NCBI RefSeq assembly: GCF_009914755.1
Contig: NC_060943.1
Source: the human T2T-CHM13v2.0 reference genome, Homo sapiens
DNA: 64,000 bases
Direction: 5' to 3' (one strand)
The notes under the pieces are model-generated. The model was not told where the DNA came from, ran no database searches, and saw nothing but the letters and a program-made list of their open reading frames with translations. Below are positions 1 through 14,947 of this stretch, piece after piece; position 1 is the stretch's first letter, and each line of letters opens with the position of its first letter. The translations under genes and the position numbers were made by a program.

Positions 1-3000
1 GAAGCTTTCTGAGAAACCATTTTGTGTTGCATGCATTCTTCTCAAAGAGTTCAACCATTCTTTTGATTGAGCAGTTTGGAAACACTGCTTTTGTAGAATA
101 TGCAAAGGGATATTTGGGGGCGCATTGAGGCCAATGGTGAAAAATGAAATATCTTCAGATAAAAGCTAGAAAGAAGTTTTCTGGTAAACTGCTTTGTGAT
201 GTGTGCATTCATCTCATATAGGTAAACCTTTCTTTTGATTGAGCAGTTTGGAAACACTGTTTTGGTAGAATCTGTGAAGGGTTATTAGGGATTGCATTGG
301 GGACTGTGGTGAAAAAGGAAATATCTTCAGATAAAAACTAGAAAGAAGCTTTCTGAGAAACTGCTTTGAGATGTGGGCATTCGTCTCACAACGTTAAAAC
401 TTTCTTTTGATTGTGTAGTTTGTAAACATTGTTTTTGTAGAATCTACGAAGGGATATTTGGGAGCACATAAAAGCATATGGTGAAAAAGGAAATATCTTC
501 AGATAAAAACTAGACAGAAGCTTTCTGAGAAACCATTTTGTGATGTGACATTCTTCTCATAGAGTTAAACCATTCTTTTGGTTGAGTAGTTTGGAAACTG
601 TTTTTTTTAGAATCTGTGAAGGGATATTTGGGAGCCAATTGAGGCCAAGGGTGAAAAAGGAAATATCTTCACATAAAAACTAGAAAGAAGTTTTCTGAGA
701 AACTGCTTTGTGATGTGTCCATTCATCTCACAGAATTAAAACTTCCTTTTGAATGGGCAGTTTGGAAACACAGTTTTTGATGTATCTGTGAAGGGATATT
801 TGGGAGCGCATCAAGATCTATGGTTAAAAAGGAAATATCTTGGGATAAAAAGTAGAAAGAAGCTTTCTCAGAAACTGCTTCGTGATGTCTGCATTCTTCT
901 CACAGAGTTAAACCTTTCTTTTGATTGAGCAGTTTGGAAACACTGTTTTTGTAGAATCTGTGAAGTGATATTTGGGAGGGCATTCAGGCCTATGGTGAAA
1001 AAGGAAATATCTTCAGATAAAAACTAGAAAGAAACATTCTGAGAAACTGCTTTCTGACGAGGGCATTCATCTCACACAGTTAAATCTTTCTTTTGGATGA
1101 GTAGTTTGGAAACACTGTTTTGGTAGGATCTGAGAAGAGATACTTGGGAGCACATTGAGGCCTATGCTGAAAAAGGAAATATCTTCATATAAAAACTAAA
1201 AAGAAACTCTCTAGGAAACTGCTTTGTGATTTGTGCATTCATCTCACAGAGTTAAATCTTTCTTTTCATTTTGCAGTTTGGCAACACTGTTTTTATTGAA
1301 TCTGTGAAGGGACAATTGGGAGCACATTGAGGTCTATGGTCAAAAAGGAAATATCTTCAGATAAATACTAGAAAGAAGTTTTCTCAGAATTGGCTTTGTG
1401 ATGTGGGCATTCTCCTGACAGAGTTAAACTTTTCTTTTGATTTAGCAGTTTGGCATCAACGTTTTTGTAGAATCTGAGAAGGGGTGTTTGGGAGCACTTT
1501 GAGGCCTACGGTTAAAAAGGGAACATCTTCAGATAAAAACTAGAAAGAAGATTTCTGGGAAACTGCTTTATGATTTCTACCTTCATCTCTCAGAGTTAAA
1601 CCTTTCTTTTGATTGAGCAGTTTGGAAACACTCTTTAGGTAGGATCTGCAAAGAGATATTTCAGAGCGAGTTGAGGCCTATGGTGAAAAAGGAAATATAT
1701 TCAGAAAAAAACTAGAAGGAAGTTTCTCAGAAACCGCTTTGTGTTCAGGGCGTTCTTCTCACAGAGTTAACCTTTATTTTGATTGAGCAGTCTGGAAACA
1801 CTGTTTTTGTAGAATCTACAAAGGGATATATTGTAGTGCTTTGTGGTCTACAGTAAAAAAAGAAATATCTTCAGATAAAAACTAGAAAGAAGGTTTCTGA
1901 GAAACTGCTCTGTGAAGTGTACATTCTTCTCACACAGTTAAACATTTCCATTGATCAAGCAGCCTGGAAAGATTGTTTTGGTAGAATCTATGAAGGGATA
2001 TATGGGAGTGTATTGAGGCCTATGGTGAAAAAGAAAATATCTTCAGAGAAAAACTAGAAAGAAGCTTTCTGAGAAACTGCTTTGTGATGTGTGCATTCAT
2101 CTCACAGAGTGAAACCTCTCTTTTGACTGAGCAGTTTGGCAACAGTGTGATTGTAGAATCTGAGAAGGGATGTTTGGGAGTGCTTCAGGGCCTATGGTGT
2201 AAAAGGAAGTATCTTCAGATAAAAACTAGAAAGAAGCTTTCTGGGAAACTGCTTTGTGATGTGTTCATTCATCCCACAGAGATAAACCTTTCTTTTGATT
2301 GTGCAGTTTGGCAACACTGTTTTTGTTGCATCTGTAAAAGGACACTTGGAAGTGCATTGGGGTCTATGGTGAAAAAGGTAATATCTTCAGATAAATATGA
2401 AGCAGTGTGGGAAATCTATTTTTATGGAATCTGTGAAGGGACATTTGGGAGTGTATTGAGTCCTATGGTGAAAAAGGAAATATCTTCAGATAAAAACTAG
2501 AAAGATGCTTTCTCAAAAACAGCTTTGTGATGGGTGCATTCTTCTCACAGAGTTAAATCTTTCTTTTCATTGAGCAGTTTGGAAACACTGTTTTGGTAGA
2601 CTCTGCGAAGGGATATTTTGTAGAGCTTTGAGGCCTATGGTGAAAAAGGAGATAACTTCAGATTAAATTAGAAAGAAGCTTTCTCAGAAACAGTTTTGTG
2701 ATGTGTGCATTCTTCTCACAGAGTTAAATATTTCCTTTCATTAAGCAGTCTGGAAACACTGTTTTTTTTTTTAAATCTAGGAAGGGATATATGGGGGCAC
2801 ATTGAGGTCAGTGGTGAAAAAGGAAATATCTTCTGAGAAAAACTAGGCAGAAGCTTCCTGAGAAACTGCTTTGTGATGAGTGCATTCGTCTCACAGAATT
2901 CATACTTTCTTTTGATTGAGCAGTTTGGCAACACTCTTTTTGTAGAATCTGAGAAGGTATATTTGGGAGTGGTTTGAGGCCTATGGTGAAAAAGGAAATA

Positions 3001-6000
3001 TCTTCAGAGGAAAACTAGAAAGAAGCTTTCTCAGTAACCACCTTCAGATGTGTGCATTCATCTCAGAGAGTTAAACCATTCTTTGAGCAGTTTGGAAACA
3101 CTGTTTTTGTAGGATGTATGAAGGGATATTTGGGAGCGCTTACAGGCCTATGGTGAAAAATAAATATCTTCAGATAAAAACTAGAAAGAAGCTTTGTGAG
3201 AAACACTACTTTGTGATGAGTAAGTTCATCTCACAGAGTTAAAATTTTCTTTTGATTTTTCAGTCTGACAACGGTGTTTTTAAAAATCTGAGAAGGGATA
3301 TTTGGGAGTGCTTTGAGGCCTATGGTGAAGAACAATATATCTTCAGATATAAAATAGAAAGAAACATTCTGGGAATCTGCTTTGTGATGGGTGCATTCTT
3401 CTCACAGAGTTAAACCTTTCTTTTGATTGAGCAGTTTGGAAACACTGTTTTTTTAAAATATAGAAAGGGATAAATTGGAGCACACTGAGGCCAGTGGTGA
3501 AAAAGGAAATATCTTCAGATAGAAACTAGAAAGCAGCTTTCTGAGAAAATGGTTTGTGATGTGTGCATTCATCTCATAGAGTTTAACCATACTTTTCATT
3601 GAGAAGTTTGAAAACACTGTTTTGGTAGAATCTGCAAAGGGATATTAAGGATCGCTTATAGGCCTCTGGTGAAAAATTAAATATCATCAGATAAAAACTA
3701 GAAAGATGCTTTCTGATAAACTGGTTTGTGACGAGTGCACTCATCTCAAAGAGTTAAATGTTTCGTTTGATTGAGCAGTTTGGAAACAGGGACTTTGGAG
3801 AATCTAGAAGGCATATTTGGAAGCACTTTGAGGCCTAAGGTCAAAAAAGAAATATCTTCAGATAAAAACTAGAAAGAAGCTTTCTGGGAATCTGTTTGTG
3901 ATGTGTGCATTTATGTCACAGTGTTAAAACTGTCTTTTGATTCAGCAGGATGGAAAGACTGTTTTGGAAGAATCTGCGAGACACATTTGGGATCACTTTG
4001 AGACATCTGTTGAGAAAGGAAATATCTTCAGGTAAAAACTAGAAAGAAGCTTTCTGGGAAACTGCTTTGTGATGTGCATATTCTTCCCACAGAGTAAAAC
4101 CTTTCTTTGATTGAACAGTCTGGAAACACTGTTTTTGTAGAGTCTATGCAGGGATATACGGGTGCACATTGAGGACTATGGTGAAAAAGGAAATATCTTC
4201 CAAGAAATACTAGACAGAAAATTTCTGAGAAACTGCTTTGTGATGTGTGCATTCATCTCACAGAGTTAAACCTTTCTTTTGATTGAGGAGTTTCCAAACC
4301 CCGTTTTGGTACTATCTGTGAAGGGATATTTGGGAGGGCATTCAGACCTATGGTGAAAAAGGGAATACCTTCACATAAATAGTAGAAAGAAGCTTTCTCA
4401 GAAAACGCTTTGTAATGTATGCATTCTTCTTACAGAGTTTAACCATTCTTTTGAGCAATTTGGAGACCCTGTGTTTGTGGAGTCTGTGAAGGTATATATA
4501 AGAGCGCATTGAGGCCTATGATGAAAAAGAAAATATCTTCACAGAAAAAGTAGAAAGAAGCTTTTTGAGAAACTTCTTTGTGATGTGTGTATTCTTCTCA
4601 CAGAGGTAAAACTTTCTTTTCATTGAGCAGTTTGGAATCACTGTTTTGGTAGAATCTCCGAAGGGATATTTGGGAGTGCATTCAGGCCTATGGTGAAAAA
4701 GGAAATATCATCAGAGAAAAATTAGAAAGAAGCTTTCTGAGAAACCCCTTTGTGATGTGTGCATTTTTCTCCCAGAGTTAAACCTTTCTTTTCATTTAGC
4801 AGTCTGGAAGCACTGTTTTTATAGAATCTTGGAAGGGATATATGAGAGTGCATTGAGGCCTATGGTGAAAAAAGAAATATCTTTAGATAAAAACTAGAAA
4901 GAAGCTTTCTGAGAAACTGCTTTGTGATGAGTGCATTCATCTCACAGAGTTAAAACTTCCTTTTGATTGAACAGTTTGGCAACACTCTTTTTGTAGAATC
5001 TGAGAAGTGATATTGGGAGCAATTAGAGGCTTATAGTGAAAAAGGGAATATCTTAGGATAAAAAATAGAAAATGAATTTTGAGAAACTGGTTTATGATGT
5101 GTGTATTCATTTCACAGAGTTAAACCTTTCTTCTCATTGAGGAGTTTGGCAACACTGTTTTTGAAAGATCTGTGTGGGTATATTTGGGAGCGCTTTGAGG
5201 CCTATGGTGAAAAAGGAAATATCTTCAGACTAAAACTAGAAAGAAGCTTTCTCTGAAACTGCCTTCTGATGTGTGCATTCATTTCACAGAGTTGAAGCAT
5301 TCTTTTGATTGAGCAGTTTGGAAACACTGTTTTGGTAGGATCTGCGAAGGGATATTTGGGAGCACTTACGGGTCTATGGAGAAAAATACCTTCAGATAAA
5401 AACTAGAAAGAATCTTTGCGAAAAACTGTTGTGATATGTAAGTTCATCTCACAGAGTTAAACTTGTTATTGTGCAGTTTGGCAACAGTGCTTTTGTAAAA
5501 TCTGAGAAGGATACTTGGGACTGCTTTGATGTCTATGGTGAAAAACAAAATATCTTCAGATATAAAATAGAACTTTTCTAGGAGAATGCTTTGTGATGTA
5601 CACATTCTTCTCACAGGGTTAAACCTTTCTTTTCTTTGAGCATATTTGAAACACTGTTCTTGGAGAAAATGCCATGGGATATATGGGAACGCATTGAGGC
5701 CTAGGGAGAAAAAGGAAATATCTTCAGATAAAAACTATAAAGAATCTTTCTGAGAAACCACTTTGTGATGTGTGCATTCATCTCACACTTATACCATTCT
5801 TTTCATTGAGCAGTTTGGAAACACTGTTTTGGTAGGATCTGCAAAGGGATATTTGGGAGCGATTTCAGGCCTCTGGTGAAAAATAAAATATCTCTGGTTA
5901 AAAACTAGAAAGAATCGTTCTGAGAAACTGATTTGTGAGGAGTACATTCACCACAAACAGTTAATTGTTTATTTTGATTGAGCAGTTTGGCAACAGTGCT

Positions 6001-9000
6001 TTTGTAGGATCTGTGAAGGCATATTTGGGTGCGCTTTGAGGCCAATGGTCAAAAAAGAAATATCTTCAGATAAAAATTAGAAAGAAACTTTCTGGGAACG
6101 TTTTTGTGATATGTGCATTCATCTCACAGAGATCAAATTTTCTTTTGATTAAGCAGTCTGGAAACACTCTTTGTGTAGCATCTACCCAGGGATATATCGG
6201 AACACATTGAGGCCTATGGTGAAAAAGGAAATATCTTCCGAGAAAAACTAGACAGAAGCTTTCTGGTCAAATTCTTTGTGATGTGTACATTCATCTCACA
6301 GAGTTAAACCTTTTTTTGATTGAGCAGTTTGCCAATACTCTTTTTGTAAAATCTGAGAAGGGATATTTCGGAGGGCTTTGAGTGAAAAAGGAAACGTCTT
6401 GAGATAATAAGTAGAAAGAAGCTTTCTGGGAAACTGCTTTTGATGTATTCATTCTTCTCACAGAGTTAAACCTTTCTTTTGATTGAGCAATTTGGAAAAA
6501 CTGTTGTTGGAGAAAATGCAAAGGGATATATGGGCACGCATTGAGGCCTATGGTGAAAAATGAAATATCTTCAGATGAAAACTATAAAGAAGCTATCTGA
6601 GAAACCACGTTGGGATGTGTGCATTCATCTTACAGAGTTAAATCATTCTTTTCATTGAGAAGTTTGGAAACACTGTTTTGGTAGAATCTGTGAAGGGATA
6701 TTTGGGAGCACTTTCAGGTGACTGGTGAAAAATTAAATACCTTCAGATAAAAACTAGAAAGAAGCTTTCTGAGAATCCACCTTCTGAATAGTATGTTCAT
6801 CTAAAAAGTTAAACATTTATTTTGATTGAGCTGTTTGGCAACAGTGCTTTCATAGAATCTGCAAAGACATATTTGTGAGTACTTAGAGGCCAATGGTCAA
6901 AGAATAAATATCTTCAGATAAAAACTAGAAAGAAGCTTTGTGGGAACTGTTTTGTGATATGTGCTTTAATCTCACAGAGCTAAACAGTCTTTTGATTGAG
7001 CATTGTGGAAACGCTCTTTTGGTAGAATTTGCAAAGACATACATGGGATCACATCGAGGAGTATGGTGAGAAAGGAAATATCTTCAGATAAAAACTAGAA
7101 AGAAGTTTTCTGGGAAACTGCTTTGTGATGTGTGCACTCATCAAACAGAGTTAAACCTTTCTTTTGCTTGAGCAATTTGGAAACACTGTTTTGGAAGTAT
7201 CTGTGAAGGGATATTTGAGAGCCCATTGAGGGCTTTGGTGAAAAGGACATATGTTCAGATAAATACAAGAAAGAAGCTTTCTCAGAAATGGCTTTCTGAA
7301 GTGTGCATTCTTCTCACAAAATTAAAAATTTCTTTTGATTGAGTAGTCTGGAAACATTGTTTGCATAGAGTCTACTAAGGGATATATAGGAGGGCATTGC
7401 GGCTTACGGTATAAAAGGAAATATCTTCAGAGAAAAACTAGACAGAAGCTTTCTGAGAAACTGCTTTGGGTTGTGTCCATTCATCTCACAGAGATAAACC
7501 TTTCTTTTGATTCAGTAGTTTGCAAAAACTCTTTTGGTAGTATCTGCCAAGTGATATTTTGGAGCCCATTCAGGCCAATGGTGAAAAAGGAAATATCTTC
7601 AGATAAAAACAAGAAAGACACCTTCTGAGAAACAGCTGTGTGTTGAGGACATTAATCTCACACAGTTGAAAGTTTCTTTAGATACACTAGTGTGGAAACA
7701 CTGTTTTGGCAGAATCTGTGAAGAGATATTTCGGAGTGAATTGAAGCCTACTGTAAAAAAGGGAATATCTTCAGATAAATACTAGAAAGAAGCTTTTGCA
7801 GAAACTGCTTTGTGATGTGTGCATTCTTCTCACAGAGATAAACCTTTATTTTGGTTGAGCAGTTTACAAACCCTGTTTTGGTTTTATCTGCAAAGTGATA
7901 TTTGGGAACGCATTTAGGCCAATGTTGAAAAAGGAAATATCTTCAGAGAAAAACTGAAAAGAAGCTTTCTGAGAAACTGCTTTGTGATGTGTGCATTCAA
8001 CTCACAGAGTTAAACGTTTCTTTTGATTGAGCAGTCTGGAAATGCTGTTTTGGTAGAATCTGCGAAGGGATATTTGGGAGCACATTCAGGACAATGGTGA
8101 AAGAGGAAACATCATCAGAGAAAAAGTAAAAAGAAGCTTTCTGAGAAACTTCTTTGTGAAGTATGCATTCTTCTCACAGAGTTAAACCTTTCTTTTCATT
8201 GAGCAGTCTGGAACCATTGTTTTTTTTAGAATCTAGGCAGGGATATATGAGAGCACATTGAGGCTTGTAGTGAAAAAGGAAGTGTCTTCAGATAAAAACT
8301 AGAGACAAGCTTTCTGAGAAACTGCTTTGTGCTGAGTGCATTCATCTCACAGAATTAAACCTTTCTTTGATTGAACAGTTTGGCAACACTCTTTTTGTAG
8401 AATCTGAGAAGGGATATTTGTGAGCACTTTGAGGCCTATAGTGAAAACGGGAAGGTCTTCAGATAAAAAGTAGAAATAAGATTTCTGGGCAACCGCTTTA
8501 TGATGTGTGCATTCATCTCACAGAGTCAAACCTTTCTTTTGATTGAGCATTTTGCCAATACTCTTTATGTAGAATCTGAGAAGGGTTACTTGTGAGCACT
8601 TTGTGGCCTATAGTGAAAAAGGGAACATCTTCAGATAAAAAGTAGAAAGAAGCTTTCTAAGCAACTGCTTTCTAATGTCTGCATTCACCTCACAGAGTTA
8701 AACTTTCTTTTGATTGAACAGTTTGGAAACACTCTTTTTGTAGACTCTGAGAAGGGATATTTGGGAGCATTATGAGGCCTATAGTGAAAAAGGAAATATC
8801 TTCAGATGAAAGCTAGAAATAAGCCTTCTCATAAACCACCTTTTTATGTGTGCTTTCTTCTCACAGAGTTAAAGAATTCTTTTGATTGAGTAGTATGGAA
8901 ACTCTGTTTTGATAGGATCTGCGAAGGGACATTTGTGGGCACTTTCAGGCCTATAGGGAAATGTTAAATATTTTCAGATAAAAACTAGAAAGAAGCTTTG

Positions 9001-9333
9001 TGAGAAACTGCTTTGTGATTATTAAGTTCATCTCACAGAGGTAAAACCTTAATTGTGCAGTTTGGCAACAGAGCTGTTGTAAAATCTGAGAAGGGATATT
9101 TGGGAACGCTTTGAGGCCTATGTTGAAAAACAAAATATCTTCAGATATAAACTAGAAAGAAGCTTTCTGAGAATCTATTTTGTGATGTATGCATTCTTCT
9201 CACAGAGTTAAACCTTTCTTTTGATTGAGCATTTTGGAAACACTGTTTTTGGAGAATCTGCCAAGGGATGTATGAGAGCTCATTGAGGCTTATAGTGAAA
9301 AAGGAAATATCTTCAGATAAAAACTAGACAGAA
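1..9333 (+). repeat. Alpha satellite, diverged 172-bp monomers, class A
   Basis: GAAG of the GAAGCTTTCT motif recurs at 1, 173 and 345 (period 172). Consensus: GTGATGTGTGCATTCATCTCACAGAGTTAAAC...TTGATTGAGCAGTTTGGAAACAC...GGGATATTTGGGAGC...GGCCTATGGTGAAAAAGGAAATATCTTCAGATAAAAACTAGAAAGAAGCTTTCTGAGAAAC. The array continues past the window start. Confidence 0.98.
9319..9333 (+). repeat. Left target-site duplication of L1 #1 (partner 10000-10014)
   Basis: aaaaactagacagaa versus aaaaactagaaagaa, 14/15 identical. The site gat/aaaaa fits an L1 endonuclease TTTT/A nick. Confidence 0.85.
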
Positions 9334-10004
9334 GTGTCTGTTCATGTCTTTCGCCCACTTTTTGTGGAAGTCAGTGTGGTGATTCCTCAGGGATCTAGAA
9401 TTAGAAATACCATTTGACCCAGCCATCCCATTACTGGGTATAAACCCAAAGGATTATAAATCATGCTGCTATAAAGACATATATACACGTATGATTAGAG
9501 CGGCACTATTCACAATAGCAAAGACTTGGAACCAACCCAAATGTCCAACAATGATAGACTGGATTAAGAAAATGTGGCACATATACACCATGGAATACTA
9601 CGCAGCCATAAAAAATGATGAGTTCATGTCCTTTGTAGGGACATGGATGAAATTGGAAATCATCATTCTCAGTAAACTATCGCAGGAACAAAAAACCAAA
9701 CACCGCATATTCTCACTCATAGGTGGGAACTGAACAACGAGAACACATGGACACAGGAAGGGGAACATCACACACTGGAGACTGTTGTGGCGGGGGAGGG
9801 GGAAGGATAACATTGGGAGAAATACCTAATGCTAGATGACGAGATAGTGGGTGCAGCACAACAGCATGGCACTTGTATACATATGTAACTAACCTGCACA
9901 TTGTGCACATGTACCCTAAAACTTAAAGTATAATAATAATAAATAATAAATAAATGAAAATAAAGTTATGGCCATTACAGAATAAGAAATAAACATTAAA
10001 AAAA
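9330..10004 (+). mobile_element. LINE-1 #1, L1PA3-like, 5'-truncated, with a ~34-bp 5' inversion
   Basis: 9331-9364 is the reverse complement of L1 ORF2 (caaaaagtgggcgaaagacatgaacagacacttc). 9362-9733 is the sense ORF2 C-terminus (...KTKHRIFSLIGGN*), followed by the 3'UTR and an A-rich tail. The 3'UTR motifs gctagatgacgag, gtaactaacctgcacattgtg and acttaaagtataat suggest L1PA3 (recalled consensus, not aligned). Confidence 0.95.
9362..9733 (+). pseudogene. ORF2: L1 ORF2p C-terminal fragment
   Basis: ORF 9491-9733 AALFTIAKTWNQPKCPTMIDWIKKMWHIYTMEYYAAIKNDEFMSFVGTWMKLE...LIGGN matches the L1 ORF2p C-terminus. Confidence 0.93.
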
Positions 10005-11308
10005 CTAGAAAGAAACCATCAAAGAAACTGCTTTGTGATATGTACATTCACCTCACAGTAGTAAACTATTCTTTTCATTAAGCAGTTTGGAAACACTGTT
10101 TTGGTAGAATCTGCAAAGGGATATTTGGGAGCAACTAGAGTCCTATGTTAAAAAAGGAATGATCGTCTGAGAAAAAGTAGAAAGAAGCTTTGTGAGAAAC
10201 TCCTTTATAATGTGTACATACTTCTCACAGAGTTAAAGCTTTCATTCTATTGAGCAGCCTGGAACTTCTTTTTCCTTAGAATCTAGGAAGGGATATATGG
10301 AGCATATTGAGGCCAACAGTGAAAAAGGAAATATCTTCAGAGAAAAACGAGAAAGAAGCTTTCTGAGAAACTGTTTTGTGATGTGTGCATTAGTCTCACA
10401 GAGTTAAACATTTATTTTGATTGAGCAGTTTGGAAACACTGTTTTGATAGAATCTGCAAAGAGATATTTGGGAGCACATTGAGACCTCTGGTGAAAAAGA
10501 AAACATCATCAGAGAAAAAGTAGAAAGAAAATTTCTCAGAAATTGCTTTGTGATGTGTGCATTCTTCTCACAGAGTTAGACCTTTCTTTTCATTGAGTAG
10601 CCTGGAACCACTGTTTTTTTCAGAATCTAAGAAGGGATATATGACAGCACATTGAGGCTTATAATGGAAAAGGAAATATATTCAGATAAAAACTACAATG
10701 AAATTTTCTGAGAAACTTCTTTCTGCTGAGTGCATTTATCACACACAATGAAACCTTTCTTTTGAATGAGCAATTTGTCAACACTCTTTTTGTAGAAACC
10801 GAGAAGGGATATTTGTGAGTGCTTTGAGGCCAATAATGAAAAAGGGAATGTCTTCAGATAAAAACTAGAAAGAAACTTTCTGGGAAACTGCTTTCTGATG
10901 TGTGCATTCTACTCACAGAGGTAAACCTTTCTTTTGATTGAGCAATGTGGAAACACTGTTGTTGGAGAAACTGCAAGGGATATACGGGAGCTCATTGAGG
11001 GCTATGGTGAAAAAGGAAACATCTTCCAATAAAAAGTAGAAAGAAGCATTCTAAGAAATTGCTTCATGATGTGTGCATTAATCTCACAGAGTTAAACGTT
11101 TCTTTTGATTGAGAAGTTTGGAAACACTGTTTTGGTAGGATCAGTGAAGGGATATTTGGGACCGCCTTGAGGCCTGTGGTAAAAAGCGAAACATCATCAG
11201 AGAAAAAGTAGAAAGAAGATTTCTGAGAAACTCCTTTGTGATGTGTGCATACATCTCAAAGAGTTATACCTTATATCTTATTGAGCAGTCTATAAACTTT
11301 GTTTTTTT
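10000..11308 (+). repeat. Alpha satellite, class A
   Basis: Same 172-bp consensus. It resumes in register after the L1 #1 TSD. Confidence 0.97.
11294..11305 (+). repeat. Left target-site duplication of L1 #2 (partner 14943-14954)
   Basis: Perfect 12-bp aaactttgtttt on both sides. The satellite register is continuous when the insert is removed. Confidence 0.88.
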
Positions 11309-11553
11309 ATGGACTATTGGTTTTTTATTTCATTTTACTTTATTTTATTATTATACTTTAAGTTTTAGGGTACACGTGCACAAAGTGCAGGTTTGTTACA
11401 TATGTATACATGTGCCATCTTGGTGTGCTGCATCCATTAACTCGTCATTTAGCATTAGGTATATATCAAAATGCTATCCTTCCCCCTCCTCCCACCCCAC
11501 AACAGTCACCAGAGTGTGATGTTCCCTGTCCTGTGTCCATGTGTTCTCATTGT

Positions 11554-12316
11554 TCAATTCCCACCTATGAGTGAGAACATGCGGTGTTTGGTTTTTTGTC
11601 CTTGTGAGAGTTTGCTGAGAATGATGGTTTCCAGTTTCATCTGTGTCCCTACAAAGACATAAACTCATCATTTTTTATGGCTGCATAGTATTCCATGGTG
11701 TATATGTGCCACATTTTCTTAATCCAGTCTATCGTTGTTGGACATTTGGGTTGGTTCCAAGTCTTTGCTATTGTGAATAGTGCCACAATAAACATATGTG
11801 TGCCTGTGTCTTTATAGCAGAATGATTTATAATCCTTTGGGTATATACCCGGTAATGGGATGGCTGGGTCAAATGGTATTTCTAATTCTAGATCCCTGAG
11901 GAATCGCCACACTGACTTCCACAATGGTTGAACTAGTTTACAGTCCCACCAACAGTGTAAAAGTGTTCCTATTTCTCTACATCCTCTCCAGCACCTGTTG
12001 TTTCCTGACTTTTTAATGACCACCATTCTAACTGGTGTGAGATGGTATCTCATTGTGGTTTAGATTTGCATTTCTCTGATGTACAGTGATGATGAGCATT
12101 TTTTCGTGTGTTTTTTGGCTGCATAAATGTCTTCTTTTGAGAAGTGTCTGGTCATATCCTTTGCCAGTTTTTTGATGGGGTTGTTTGTTTTTTTCTTGTA
12201 AATTTGTTTGAGTTCATTGTAGATTCTGGACATTAGCACTTTTTCAGATGAGTAGGTTGTGAAAATTATCTCCCATTTTGTAGGTTGCCTGTTCACCCTG
12301 AAGGTAGTTTCTTTTG
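11554..12316 (-). pseudogene. ORF2: L1 ORF2p C-terminal part (non-inverted arm of L1 #2), disrupted
   Basis: ORFs 12060-12296 (NRQPTKWE...) and 11649-12053 ([10 protein letters not shown]...RCWRGC...[15 protein letters not shown]) cover the ORF2p cysteine-rich C-terminus, broken by a stop and a frameshift. Confidence 0.93.
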
Positions 12317-14942
<2,626 letters not shown>

Positions 14943-14947
<5 letters not shown>

